The notes under the pieces: model-generated | The model's database searches: none | The model's input: the letters and a program-made list of their open reading frames with translations, nothing else | Told to the model about the DNA's origin: nothing | Position numbers and translations under genes: made by a program | Source: Veleropilina oligotropha | Taxonomy: Eukaryota | Reading direction: 5' to 3' | DNA length: 64,000 nt | Assembly (NCBI GenBank): GCA_048128005.1 | Contig: JBEUKZ010000067.1 | Location: forward strand, 62,001-126,000 | Part shown: positions 25,870-37,499 of the stretch, one piece after another | Layout: each line of letters begins with the position of its first letter | Position numbering within the stretch: position 1 is the first letter of the stretch

Positions 25870-27506
25870 TACTCGAGGACTTTAAAAACGCTCCACCTCG
25901 AGGACTTTAAAAACGCTCCACCTCGAGGACTTTAAAAACGCTCCACCGTAATGAAATGTAAACCATACCTTTGTTATTTGATATTGTCTACATATTTCAT
26001 AGCAGATATAAATTTCAATCATTTATTAACAATAATACACAGTAATTTGTTCGATGTAACTACCCTTTGCCGGGATATAAGGTTCCAAACACGATTGGGG
26101 TATGCTTTTGGAGTGACTTTCAATAACGCATATGTCCACCATTGTGTCTGATGCACTCGCGTATTCTGGAAGGCATGGATTGGCACAATCGTCTAACAGC
26201 CCCCCTCGGGATGTTGTCCCATTCTTCTCTAAGAGCGGTGGTGAGCTGTATCAGCGTCCGTGGGGCTGGTTGACGTTGACGTACGCGTCTTCCCAATACG
26301 TCCCAAATGTGCTCGATTGGGTTTAGATCAGGTGATAAAGAAGGCCAATTGAGCACATCAACGTTGTTCTGCCGTAAGTAGTCCATAGTTATTCTCGCTG
26401 TATGGGGGCGGGCGTTGTCTTGTTGAAACGTGAGCTGCTGACGCTGACGTCCGAGTAGTGGAATGACTTCTGGTGTAAGAATTTCGTCGATATATCGCCT
26501 GGCGTTAAGATTCCCATCAACAACAATAAGTCTAGATCGAAATCCGTAATTGATGGCGCCCCAGACCATGACGCTGCCGCCGCCGAACCTGTCACGTTGG
26601 AGAACCGTATTGTCAACAAACCTCTCACCAAGGCGGCGGTATACACGACTTCGTCCGTCCGTATGGAATAAATTGAACCGAGACCCATCACTGAATACGA
26701 CACGCTGCCAGTTAAAACGTCCGTTGTGATTGTTTGCCCATTGACGACGAAGTCTCCGATGACGTTCAGTAAACGCAGCGCCACGATACGGTCGACGGCA
26801 ACGGATCTGGTGCTCTCGAAGACGTCGGGATACGGTCCTTCTGTGAATTGGCCTCCCACGATTTCCAACAACAATAACGGCTGTGGATTGAGCTGTCAAA
26901 AAACGGTCTCTAAGGTGACGATGACGAATATACACATCTTGACGTCGGGATGTAACGCGTGGTGTACCTGTCCGCCGTCTATCGGAAACGCACCCAGTTT
27001 GTCTATAACGTCTCAATAAACGCACAACTGTTGAGCGTGCCACGTGAAAACGTCTAGCGACGTCCACTTGCGACACACCCGCATCCAGAAAACCCAGAAT
27101 ACGATTACGGTTGTCGTTGTTTAGCCGCGGCATGTTCAATACGTTGTAACCTTGCATGTATACATGAGTACAAGAAACAAAAAGGTTCGGAGTCCGCATT
27201 GCTCGTGCTGCGACATGAGTACAAGAAACGAAAGGCTCGGAGTCCGCATTGCTCGTGCTGCGACATGTACTGAATCGGACACAATGGTGGACATATGCGT
27301 TATTGAAAGCCACTCCAAAAGCATACCCCAATCGTGTTTGGAACCTTATATCCCGGCAAAGGGTAGTTACATCGAACAAATTACTGTGTATTATTGTTAA
27401 TAAATGATTGAAATTTATATCTGCTATGAAATATGTAGACAATATCAAATAACAAAGGTATGGTTTACATTTCATTACAGTGGAATGTTTTTAAAGTCCT
27501 CGAGTA
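25870..27506 (-). mobile_element. Tc1 element with long (~230-bp) TIRs and TA TSD
   Basis: tactcgaggactttaaaaac...acc at both ends. The left TIR has a triplicated 25-mer ctcgaggactttaaaaacgctccac. Confidence 0.92.
26120..27133 (-). CDS. Tc1-family DD34E transposase, open reading frame intact (337 aa from MPRLNND)
   Basis: Paired-like HTH with GTPRVTS, VVFSDGSRF, GSVMVWGAI, FQQDNARPH, WPSLSPDLNPIEHIW. Confidence 0.93.
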   Translation of the reverse strand: MPRLNNDNRNRILGFLDAGVSQVDVARRFHVARSTVVRLLRRYRQTGCVSDRRRTGTPRVTSRRQDVYIRHRHLRDRFLTAQSTAVIVVGNRGRPIHRRTVSRRLREHQIRCRRPYRGAAFTERHRRLRRQWANNHNGRFNWQRVVFSDGSRFNLFHTDGRSRVYRRLGERFVDNTVLQRDRFGGGSVMVWGAINYGFRSRLIVVDGNLNARRYIDEILTPEVIPLLGRQRQQLTFQQDNARPHTARITMDYLRQNNVDVLNWPSLSPDLNPIEHIWDVLGRRVRQRQPAPRTLIQLTTALREEWDNIPRGAVRRLCQSMPSRIRECIRHNGGHMRY

Positions 27507-27753
27507 TATATTCAATATTGTCAACGTAATAAGCGCTCGCTGCGGCGGAGTGGTTATAGCTCGTCGGGACGTCCACAAACTAGAATAAGATATTACATGT
27601 GTGTGTGTGTATTATAATACTGTATAGGAAAGTGGACCTTTCGGGGCCATGGGGGGGTGCGTACGCACCCGTCGCACCCCCCCTGGCTACGGGCCTGCTG
27701 AATAATAACAGCTTGTGCATCTTGAGATAGGCGTGAGGAAATCGGCACTTTAA

Positions 27754-28332
27754 AGGGGCTGGTTCCACTTCAACCCGCAAATACGCTTTTGAACGCCAAG
27801 TAACATACCTTTTTTTGTATGTATTATTTACATAAAGTCATGCTGGTTTGCAAATTACCACATCGTAAAATAAAACTTAACATATTGCAATAAATGTTTG
27901 ATATAGCGATTCTGAATAAAAGGCGCGCGTCTTTTTATTCACTGTGATCATTCACGTCGGCTTCAGGAAGTTTCGACCATATCGATATGTTTATATTTAT
28001 TATGAAAACAATACATTATCTGATCATAAAGTTTCAAATAATGGCATTTACCGTATTTTAAAATTGTATGATACATATATTACTATTATTATGATATTTA
28101 AACATTAAAAATTGACCGGGGGAAACCTCCACGACTTATATTCAATGGTTTCTAATGCAACCGTTCCACCAAAAATTATGTCTATGACTGAAGCGATTAT
28201 CTAGTAAATATAATACATTATGCTGCATTTTAACTTGCGAATCATCAAATGAGTAGCTGATAAATGCACACAATATGTCATTTGTAGTTTTCTTTCGAAT
28301 GTAAATTACGTAATGAAGCGGAATCAGCATCT
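27754..28332. mobile_element. Non-autonomous TTAA-targeting element (Kolobok-like) in the Academ ORF
   Basis: ttaa|aggggctggttcc ... ggaatcagcatct|ttaa. Removing it restores KNKLKVPISSRLSQDAQAVII. Confidence 0.75.
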
Positions 28333-31300
28333 TTAAGTTTATTCTTCAAAGTTGACTTTGAAGTAGTGATGCGCATTTCTCTAATCTCTTTAAACATAGA
28401 AGCTGGTACAGGGGCCAGTTCATATTTAAGAACGTTTGTCAGTTCTATGTCTCGTGAATGTTGAAGTCCTAGCACCCTTGAGTAGATCAAGTTCACATCG
28501 TAGACGCATTTCCCTCCTACTTTCACAGACTTCTTTGTTACCAACATTGTCACAACTTTCTTAGGCAAGGGGGAATTGAACCCTGATGGTAAGGAGCTCC
28601 CGAAAGACACCATCTGTGCCTTGCCTAAGTCAACTGCATGATCAACATTTACGGAGTCGGGGGCTATCCTTCCTGTGACAATGTTGATGATGCCTTCTTG
28701 CAGATCATCTTTGTCCATTGGGCAAACACAACACAACAGTTTCTCTCGAATGTTCTTCCGGTCCTGACTGTCAGCTCGTATTGGTGATGGTTTCTCTTCC
28801 TTGTGAGTGGTTACCTCCACTTCTTTGTATCCTCTGGTCATGTCAGCAACATATTTGATGATCTTTGTGCAGGTGTGCATACACAGTGCCCATTGTTTCA
28901 GTGATGATGGCTTGATAGTAATTCCTATGATGCCTTTAACCCCATGGTCGTACCTCATAAAAGTACTTTCGATAAACATGTCTGACCAAATTCCATTAAA
29001 CAATCCAGGGTTATGTCTCATCATATGGTCCCCTTTGATGAAGTGATCTAAGATGTCATTGGGGAGACGGTCCATGGACCGGAGGTAATAGAGTCCATAA
29101 CGCGCATAGTTGAAATGTCCAGCTACAAAGAAATAAGGAAGCATTTCTTTCACTGCGAGGAGATGCAAAGGCCAATCAGCTTCGCGTTCTGCCCGCACGA
29201 AGATCATCATAAGAAAGACAGGCTTTATGAGACATTCTACCCACAGGCGCGTTGTCCTACTCTGTTTCGACAATGTTTCAAGATGTTGTAGAAGATCGTT
29301 GTGACACTCCATCTGCCCCAGAATTACATTTAAAACCTCTTCAGCAACAATACGAAGTGCCCGAACATTTTGCGGAAACTTTTTTCCAGAGAGCATCTTC
29401 GCCACGCCACCAAAGTCAGCTTTCATTACCTCATCAAAACCGCTATTCACCATTAAGTTCCCAACACACCCAACAAAAAGTCATCAACAGGTGCATCCCT
29501 CCAAGTCTTGGAATGAACTGCAAAAAGCGGTCCTGATATACCCATTTGATCCCTACAGCAATCCTGTACAATTGTTGATCATTTATGAAGAGTGTCACAC
29601 GTTGTCCACAGCTGTTCGTCAGTTCTTGCGTACTCACAATTGCCGTCAAGATCGTGTCTGGATCGGCGGGGTTCATGTCGATAAGGGGGCGGTAAATTGC
29701 TTTTGTGGCTGGTCTAATAGAATGGCCTTGTTCTCTAGACAACTTGGTGTTGAATCCATTGAACTCTGGTGTGTCTTGGTCAGAAACAACTTGCTGCAAG
29801 AAGTCAAAATCAAGAGAACGGGCTCTTGAAAGTGCTACCACCTGGTGAGCTAGAACACGTAGGGGTAACACTTTGCGTTTTGCTTCAAGCTCTGGCATGT
29901 CGGGTTTCTTTGGTCCTTTGTACCTTTCAGCAGGGATATCTTCAATTGCCAGATCATGCACTTCATCAGCTGTCAGACGCGGGAATGTCTGAACATTGTG
30001 TCTCTCCTCAACCAGGTACCTATATGTCACAGTTAGGAGAACAGAAAGAGAATGAGTACTGACAAGACCGTTTTGCGATGAAATGTTTGCATCAAAATTG
30101 TCAGCAACACCCTGAATGAGTCCATCTTTAGGGGGGACCATGCCCGTAATTTTATAATTCTTTAGGGCTGCTGATGCTGCACATGCTTTAAAACGCAAAA
30201 CTTCGTCATAGGAGCAAGCTACCCGGAAATCATAGAACTGTTTCACTAGAGATCTCTGATTAAGGACAACACCTAGTGAAATCTGAAGAGTGGTAGGATG
30301 GTTGGTTAGAATGCAGGTCACAATGTTGCCAATGAGTGCTGCTGGCATAGTACGGTTCAGTTTTTCAAACATTTTCAATAACAGTGTAAGAAGTGTTTGA
30401 CTAACGGAAGAAAGGGCAATGTCAATGTATATACTAGCCAGATCATATTTCTTGTCAGCTCCTAAGTGCTTTGATTCACGGACTATGCGGTTTGCGACAG
30501 TTTCTAATGAACTATCTATGTCATCATCATCTTCCTTTGGTACCAGGCGTAACATGTCGGATACCTTACTCTGAAACACCAAAAGGAAACACCTGAACCA
30601 GTTAAAATAAGAAAATCTGGTCCAAAATGATCTGACAACTTAGTAAGTAATGTTCTACGAGACAGCTTCTGACCACCTTTTGACAAATACAGATTATACA
30701 CATCTAGTGTTCCATATTCTGGACATATCAGCCATGATTTCAGAAGCAGTTGACTGAAAGGCACAATATGGAGTTGATTGAGGCTCATCCTAGCAGCCGA
30801 TATCACTGCACGGTCTGTCATGAATGCATGTCTGCAGTCTTGGTGGTATCTCGCATCTGCTGCATGAAGGTCACTTACTGCTCCGATTACACGAATCTCT
30901 ACACTTCTTGCCCAACTGTCCTGACCAATATGACAAATGTCTAGGAATGTTTGCTTGAATGTCTTATTGTCTCGCCCACGATCGGCAGTCCTACAGAGTA
31001 AAACCCTTCGCCATCGATCTGGATGTTTCTGATCGAAATCAATAATATATGCTTCACCACAAAACAGGCAGTGCTTCCTGAAGTCAAAAGCACTAGTCTG
31101 AGCTTTAGAACCGCAGGATCGCTTCGCAGTTGGTGTGGTGTCTTCGGTTTCAGCATTACGTTTCAAAAACCAATTGATATGAGACTGAGAGGTGTAGGAT
31201 GACACACACTCTCGGTGACACTGCACAGATAAGCTTTCATTCTTGGCAAGACGTTGTTCCAAATTAGGATGAAGATCGTCCTTATACAGATCTTACTTGC

Positions 31301-32059
31301 CCGTATAATGCTGCGTATGCGATCTGGCCCGGTTGTAGACAATGGTTTATTGGAACTGTAGCCTCTAAATGGCTTAAAGATACACTTGTCCATTTTAGGG
31401 TTGTCTGAAACCAAATAAACATGGGCAATCAGTATAAACAAATTTGAAACAGAATATGAAATAAACATGGGTAATCAGTTTAAACAAATTTGAAGCAGAA
31501 CATGAAATTTAAATTATAGAGCTACTAAAAGATGGCAGCACCATATAATTTAATTTAGTTTTTAAATAGGTGTGGCTATATTATAGCCTACTACACACAT
31601 GTAAGCTAAATTAATACAGCTAAGTAAGAGGACTGCTGAGGTATGTACCATTATTACAATGCATGTCACATGTACAGTGCAGTGCATGTATTAGAGATAA
31701 TATACTAATCAGTGGGCTTCATTATTCTTACCAATTAAACCCAATTTTTTCACTTTGTCAAAGATGTCATTGCATCAAGTTCCCATTGGAGTAGTGTTTT
31801 CCATTGAAGGCAAGTGTCATTGAAAACGGTGATCAACAACTCTTAGATGACTCTGGATTAATCAGCTTCTGTTTTAAAAGGAAATATGTTTGTATATATG
31901 TGCTGCTTCACAATCATGCCCTCTGTGAATGAAAACTGGAACTAAACTATGCTCTGTTACAGAATAGTATGTCATTGTTTTTATTGTAAATGATAGAGAT
32001 CAATGAAATTCGCAAATTCAGTAATGGTGGCACATAATTAGCATATTTCTTAACATGCG

Positions 32060-32811
32060 CATTGTTGTTATGACGTCACCCTCGGTCATGTGACATTGTG
32101 TCACATGACAGAAGATTGCTATAGACAGCAGGCAGCTCGTACCCCTGGTCCCTGTTGAGGCTGGGCTGGTTTTGTTACGGGTCTCTATGGCCTCCCTGAT
32201 CTTGCGCCGCCACCAGTTGTCCTCCTTGGCCAGTATCTTAGGTCCCTCAGCATCTACTGAGTGGTTCAGCCACTCTCCAGGCAAAGAGAATACGAAACGA
32301 CGCCCAGGCTTATATCTCTGCTATCGCTGGTCGCTATGTGGCGATCCGCCACATAGTTAATATACATATTATTTCGCTTCAGTTTGTAATTTAATGAAGT
32401 GCAAATGACATGGTTAAGTGTTTTCAAGAAAAGGGTAGGCTAATAACAACGTTTTAAATATGAAATACAGTGATGTTAAACAGCAAATAGTTCCGCGTAG
32501 CCATATTCAGCCAATTTATGCCAATTTATTCACCGCGTAGGTAATTAATTAACTGCACAAACGCTTCTAAAAGTTTATTTTAATTAACTTTTAACTAAAT
32601 TTGATATATTAAATACATATTAATGTTTGGAAAATTTCAAAGAGACGATATTCCAGTCGGGAAAGAAGTAGGCGGACCAGCGAGAGCATAGTCTATAGAC
32701 TGTGACTAGACTATGACTATGCGAGCAGAGTGTGGTTCAGCTTGCTGTCTAGCAATTTTCTGTCATGTGACACAATGTCACATGACCGAGGGTGACGTCA
32801 TAACAGCAATG
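32060..32811 (-). mobile_element. Second Penelope GIY-YIG fragment (same family as 6898-7310), interrupted by an insertion
   Basis: KILAKEDNWWRRKIREAI and the same inverted repeat (catgtgacattgtgtcacatg). Confidence 0.8.
32271..32732. mobile_element. 462-bp insertion with 9-bp TSD (TGGTTCAGC) and short CACTCT/AGAGTG ends
   Basis: tggttcagc at 32262-32270 and 32733-32741. The uninterrupted site is seen in the copy at ~7170. Confidence 0.75.
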
Positions 32812-32813
32812 GC

Positions 32814-34530
32814 AGATTGGTTAACGTTCCTTCAACAATTACCGTATTCCCCACCCAGGCGGGATATATGAATTATTTATACCTTACGTAGTTGTGTGTA
32901 TTATTGTGATTTGGAGGGCCCTCGAAGACAAGGGAGATAATTGTGAATATGTCGTCTGCCAAAACATCAATACAAATGTTAAGTCATGGAATCGTACATC
33001 GTTTCGAAAATTATGCATCAACTTCATTTTATATTCGTAACAGTTTAGACTTTTGACATTTTCATGTAAAATAAAATATTCAATTATCCTTATTTAGTTA
33101 ATTTTTGTGTTTACTTCAACTTCCTATTAATCTCCTGCGCAGAGACGTCATTTCTCTACCGTACTGTACAGAGTATTCTTAAATTCTCTGCCTAGAGAGT
33201 GGCGGTTGCTAGGCATTATTATTACATTCTAATGGGCGCGTCGGAATATCTTCAAAATATATATAATGTATATTGGTATGCATGTATTTGCCACAAACTT
33301 ACGTTGTGTGTTTTTCAATAATCATGCCAATCCTGCTAAAATATCACAGTTATAACGGAAGAAATATTTTTTATATTGAACATGAAGTTTTACACATGAT
33401 CTTCGGCAGAGCTGAAATCATAAATTTAGCAACGCGGTTTTTTAGTAACAATAGAATATTTAAAATGGGTTCTTTCACGGAGAAACGAAGTTGGAATAGA
33501 AACTTGTTCAAAAGGCATGATTTTATTTTATTGAAGTAAGATAAATTCGTTGTCGGCATAGCCGTCGTGAAATATGGGTCTATGTACCGTTTGTGAGAAT
33601 TTATTAACCGAGACGAAGGTACATAGACCCATAATTCCCCTCGGGCAATGCCGACAACTTATATTATCTTACTTTAGCTCTTAATACTGAAATCTGATTG
33701 GTTAACGTTCCTTCAACAATTACCGTATTCCCCACCCAGGTGGGGTATACATATGAATTATTTATACCTTACGTACGTAGTTGTGTGTACTATTGTGATT
33801 TGGAGCGCCCTCGAAGACAAGGGAGATAATTGTGAATATGTCGTCTGCCAAAACATCAATACAAATGTTAAGTCATGGAATCGTACATCGTTTCGAAAAT
33901 TATGCATCAACTTCATTTTATATTCGTAACAGTTTAGACCTTTGACATTTTCATGTAAAATAAAATATTCAATTATCCTTATTTAGTTAATTTTGGTGTT
34001 TACTTCAACTTCCTATTATTCTCCTGCGCAGAGACGTCATTTCTCTACCGTACTGTACGGAGTATTCTTAATTTATCTGCCTAGAGAGTGGCGGTTGCTA
34101 GGCATTATTGTTACATTCTAATGGGCGCGTCGGAATATCTTCAAAATATATATTGGTATGCATGTATTTGCCACAAACTTACTTTGTGTGTTTTTCAATA
34201 ATCATGCCAATCCTGCTAAAATATCACAGTTATAACGGAAGAAATATTTTTTATATTGAACATGAAGTTTTACAATTGATCTTCGGCAGAGTTGAAATCA
34301 TAATTTTAGGAACGCGGTTTTTAGTAACAACAATAGAATATTTAAAATGGGTTCTTTCACGGAGAAACGAAGTTGGAATATAAACTTATTCAAAAGGCAT
34401 GATTTTATTTTATTGAAGTAAGATAAATTCGTTGTCGGCATAGCCCTCGTGAAATATGGGTCTATGTACCGTTTGTGAGAATTTATTAACCTCGACTTCG
34501 TCTCGGTTAATAAATTATCACAAACAGGTA
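32814..34530. repeat. Tandem duplication of an ~880-bp element with palindromic terminal modules (possibly a Crypton-like non-autonomous element)
   Basis: gattggttaacgttccttcaac starts both copies (32815, 33695). Hairpin aatttattaacctcgacttcgtctcggttaataaatt at ~34480-34516. Confidence 0.7.
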
Positions 34531-35491
34531 CATATGTTTGTGTACAATCATACTATTGAGCTATATCACAACATATATATATGGACTATTTTTTTATGTC
34601 TGAAATAAAAGTATTATTATTATTATATTTATGTCTGCTAATCAATTGATATTGCTTACCGGGTCGCTTAGGACAGATCATATTCACTACTAGAGTTAAG
34701 AAGATTTATAAAAGTATGACGGTTTTAGTTCAACATCAATACAAAGATATTTCACAAACAAGAAAGCCGAAAGCGACAATGTATTAGTTCGGAACAAATG
34801 TTGTCAGATCACCGATAAATAATGCTTTTATAATGACATTAAAATAATCGACAAGATTAAATTTCGGAATTACAATTAAAGTGGCTTACATTTCACAAAC
34901 TTCTATTACGATTGACTATTGATAATCTTTAACTGTCGCATATTCCTGCTTAAAAACACAAACATAATTGTAAATATGTTTACGTCGAAGCAAGCGAATT
35001 TGTTGTTCACCTTAATTAACATTGTCACCATAGTACTATTCATGGCGCATGTTCTGGTATCACGGAAATTTGCCAAAGCCGACGCCGCAGAACTATCTTG
35101 ACAAATTTTCACTTTTCTTTCCTAATGACACTGCTAGAGACCCAATCCCCATACAGTATGCTTATTGACCTGTTCTGTCATTAGGCGGCTCAGCTGGCAT
35201 CATAGCACAGAGGAAATACAGCAATGTGGTTATGAAGAACGCCCCACCAATCTCCAACTCAATAAATGTTGTCCAGATAATTCCCCATAGAAGGATTTGT
35301 AACACTGTGTGCATTACAGGTTCGACCATAATCGCGTTTGAAATTAATTGGTGAGTGACATCGAAGATTCGGGTTGTCTGATAATCTAAACTGAAGATTG
35401 AAATGTTTTTAACAACCTCTTTAACAAACTACCTTTAGTAGTGCCTAAAACTGTTTCATGTGAGCTTGATATCCGATAGTACGTTCCATAT

Positions 35492-35921
35492 CAGGCGCGG
35501 ATCCAGGGAGGGGGGGGGGGGGGGGGCGGGCCCTAAAGCTGGTCAAGCATACTAAAATAATATGTATAATCTGATACAAATGACCTTCAGAACATTATAA
35601 ATAGGCCTACCCCAAAATACTAAAGTTGAATTGTATTACTATTAGCTTTTGCAATGCATGTAATGTAATACTGCAGGAGAGGGATTTCACACCGTTAATT
35701 GTCAAAATGTTCTTGCACGTGGGGCCCCGACTTTTCTGGGGATACAGTCGGTCTGGACCCCACGTTTGAAAGCAGAAATGTGTTAGATTGTAAACAAATT
35801 ATCATACATTTTAGTGAAAATGGTTCATAAATGTTGGTAAGAAATGTCGCTTTTTCCCTGTCAGAACAGGTGATAGTAAATTCAGCGCCCCCCCTGAGGA
35901 AAATTACTGGATCCACGCTTG
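35492..35921. mobile_element. MITE with 5-bp TSD CATAT
   Basis: caggcgcggatccag ... ctggatccacgcttg, with catat on both flanks. Confidence 0.8.
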
Positions 35922-36029
35922 CATATGGCCGAATGTTGTCTAATGTCTAATTAGGCGCAACAACCATATGTGCTCTTATGGTTCGCTTCCAGTCTATGTT
36001 GTACAACGATGTAAATTATGACTATATAA

Positions 36030-36340
36030 GAACAAGTCCAAAAAAGAGCCACAAAACTAATAAGCGATTTGAGGAAATTACCGTATGAGGACAGACTAAG
36101 AGCACTCAACCTTACAACATTATCTTTGAGAAGGATAAGGGGTGATATGGTTCAAGTGTTAAAATGTTTACAGGAAAAGACAACGTTGACAATAGTTTCT
36201 TATTCAGATGAACCAATTAAAGACATACAAGGGGCCATCAATACAAGATTTACAAAAAACGATTCCGACAAGACGTTAGGAAACACTTTTTCTCAAATAG
36301 GGTTGTCTATGAATGGAATAATCTGTCTAATAATATAATA
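36030..36340 (+). pseudogene. CR1-like LINE 3' fragment
   Basis: VQKRATKLI...LPYEDRLRALNLTTLSLRRIRGDM, later FFSNRVVYEWNNL. Confidence 0.75.
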
Positions 36341-37084
36341 GTGGAATCGACATATGTAAAAAATTTAATGATCTCATAGATGAGCAGTTTATGAAACAGG
36401 GCAGGTTATAGATGACAAGACAACTACAATGGTTTTTATACGAGTGTCAGTAATGCGCTTTCTAAACCCAAACAAATTCTATCTATTTAAATTCTGTTGT
36501 CCCTAAGAATAAACACATTACGGCTCCTCTTAAATCGATTTAACATTAGATACTATCATTATTTCCTAATCTTGTGCCTGTTCAAGAAGCTACTGAATTT
36601 TTTTCACTTTTTTCGAAGAACGGGATTTTAGGTGTTGACAGATGCCTTTTCCTTTCGAGCTTTATCTGTCACATGCATGGAAATTTAATTTACGTCACGT
36701 TTAAATATAACGCGTATAAATTTAAAGCATGGTATGTGTACTTATGCACTAATACTGTGCATGATTATTGATTAATGGTTAAACGATTATTATTATTATC
36801 AAACGTAAAACCAAAGTGACGATACATATTAATTTGAGTTATATGAAAGTTAAAACACTCCTTCCATATGCTTCTTTGCAAAGGTATGCTGGTAAATTAA
36901 TATTTCACTTGCACAATTTCATGGTTACAGATGGAAAAGTAGGAATCGGGTGACTCTATGAAGGATCGTATGATTTCCCCCACTAACAGAAAACTCTGAG
37001 AGAAAATCTAAATTTTCCATTGCTTTTCCAGGTCATGGAATACGAATTTCTATTTGTCGTAACATTTTATAACCCGTGGGAATC

Positions 37085-37350
37085 CTGATACGACCTCCCA
37101 CCACCCCAAAGGTAGCGTAGCTCGAACTACCGCCTCCGAAGATAGCGTTATCGTGGCCTCTCGAAGGTACCGTTATCACGACCTCCCCGAAGATAACGTA
37201 ATCACGACCTCCCGCTCCGCCGAAGCTATCTTAGCACGGCCCTGATACGATCTACATCCTCTCCGAGGGTAGCGTATCTCCAAACACTCCTAAGGTAGCG
37301 TAGAACGATATCCCGCCCCTCCGAAGGTCGCGAAGCACGACCTCCCGCAT
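37085..37350. repeat. Degenerate ~30-bp tandem repeat
   Basis: Recurring cacgacctcc...ccgaaggtagcgta. Confidence 0.65.
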
Positions 37351-37499
37351 AGGAAAATCACACCATAAGCTGGTTAATTTTGGGCTATTTCGGGTCTAGG
37401 TCACCTGACATATGATCTTTTCCCACCTTCCCCTTCCTGAGGGACACTGGAGAATGCATCGCGACCGTTAACGGTCTTCTGTAATTTCCTCTAATTGAT

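Larger units (their letters stand above)
25614..27697. mobile_element. MITE (TIR caggcccgtagccagg) inserted in the Academ ORF and hosting a Tc1 element
   Basis: caggcccgtagccagg ... cctggctacgggcctg. The flanks rejoin the Academ peptide AVII/DGCAILW. TSD is not clean. Confidence 0.8.
24328..31393 (-). pseudogene. Academ transposase + XPG/FEN1-like nuclease + Cys8 (CXC) zinc finger, with many frameshifts
   Basis: DLHAADARYHQDC, DNFDANISS, DQQLY...IPRLGGMHLLM, AGHFNYARY, WSDMFIESTFMRY, VVFDRY, HEEADV...DDT, C-terminal CGCKSGSPCHNAQCGCC...CTFFCAC. Confidence 0.75.
23301..32066 (-). mobile_element. Academ (AcademX-like) DNA transposon, decayed, with nested insertions and a truncated right end
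   Basis: Left terminus tagtcctgcagtatccc. Subterminal repeat acaatgcgcatgttcagaaatatgctaattatgtgccgccattac (23581) reappears inverted at ~32020-32066, where a Penelope fragment interrupts it. Confidence 0.7.

Noticed and set aside
27134..27475. N-terminal 114 aa of the 451-aa ORF
   Set aside because: It is read through the TIR; the Tc1 transposase plausibly starts at MPRLNND (27133).
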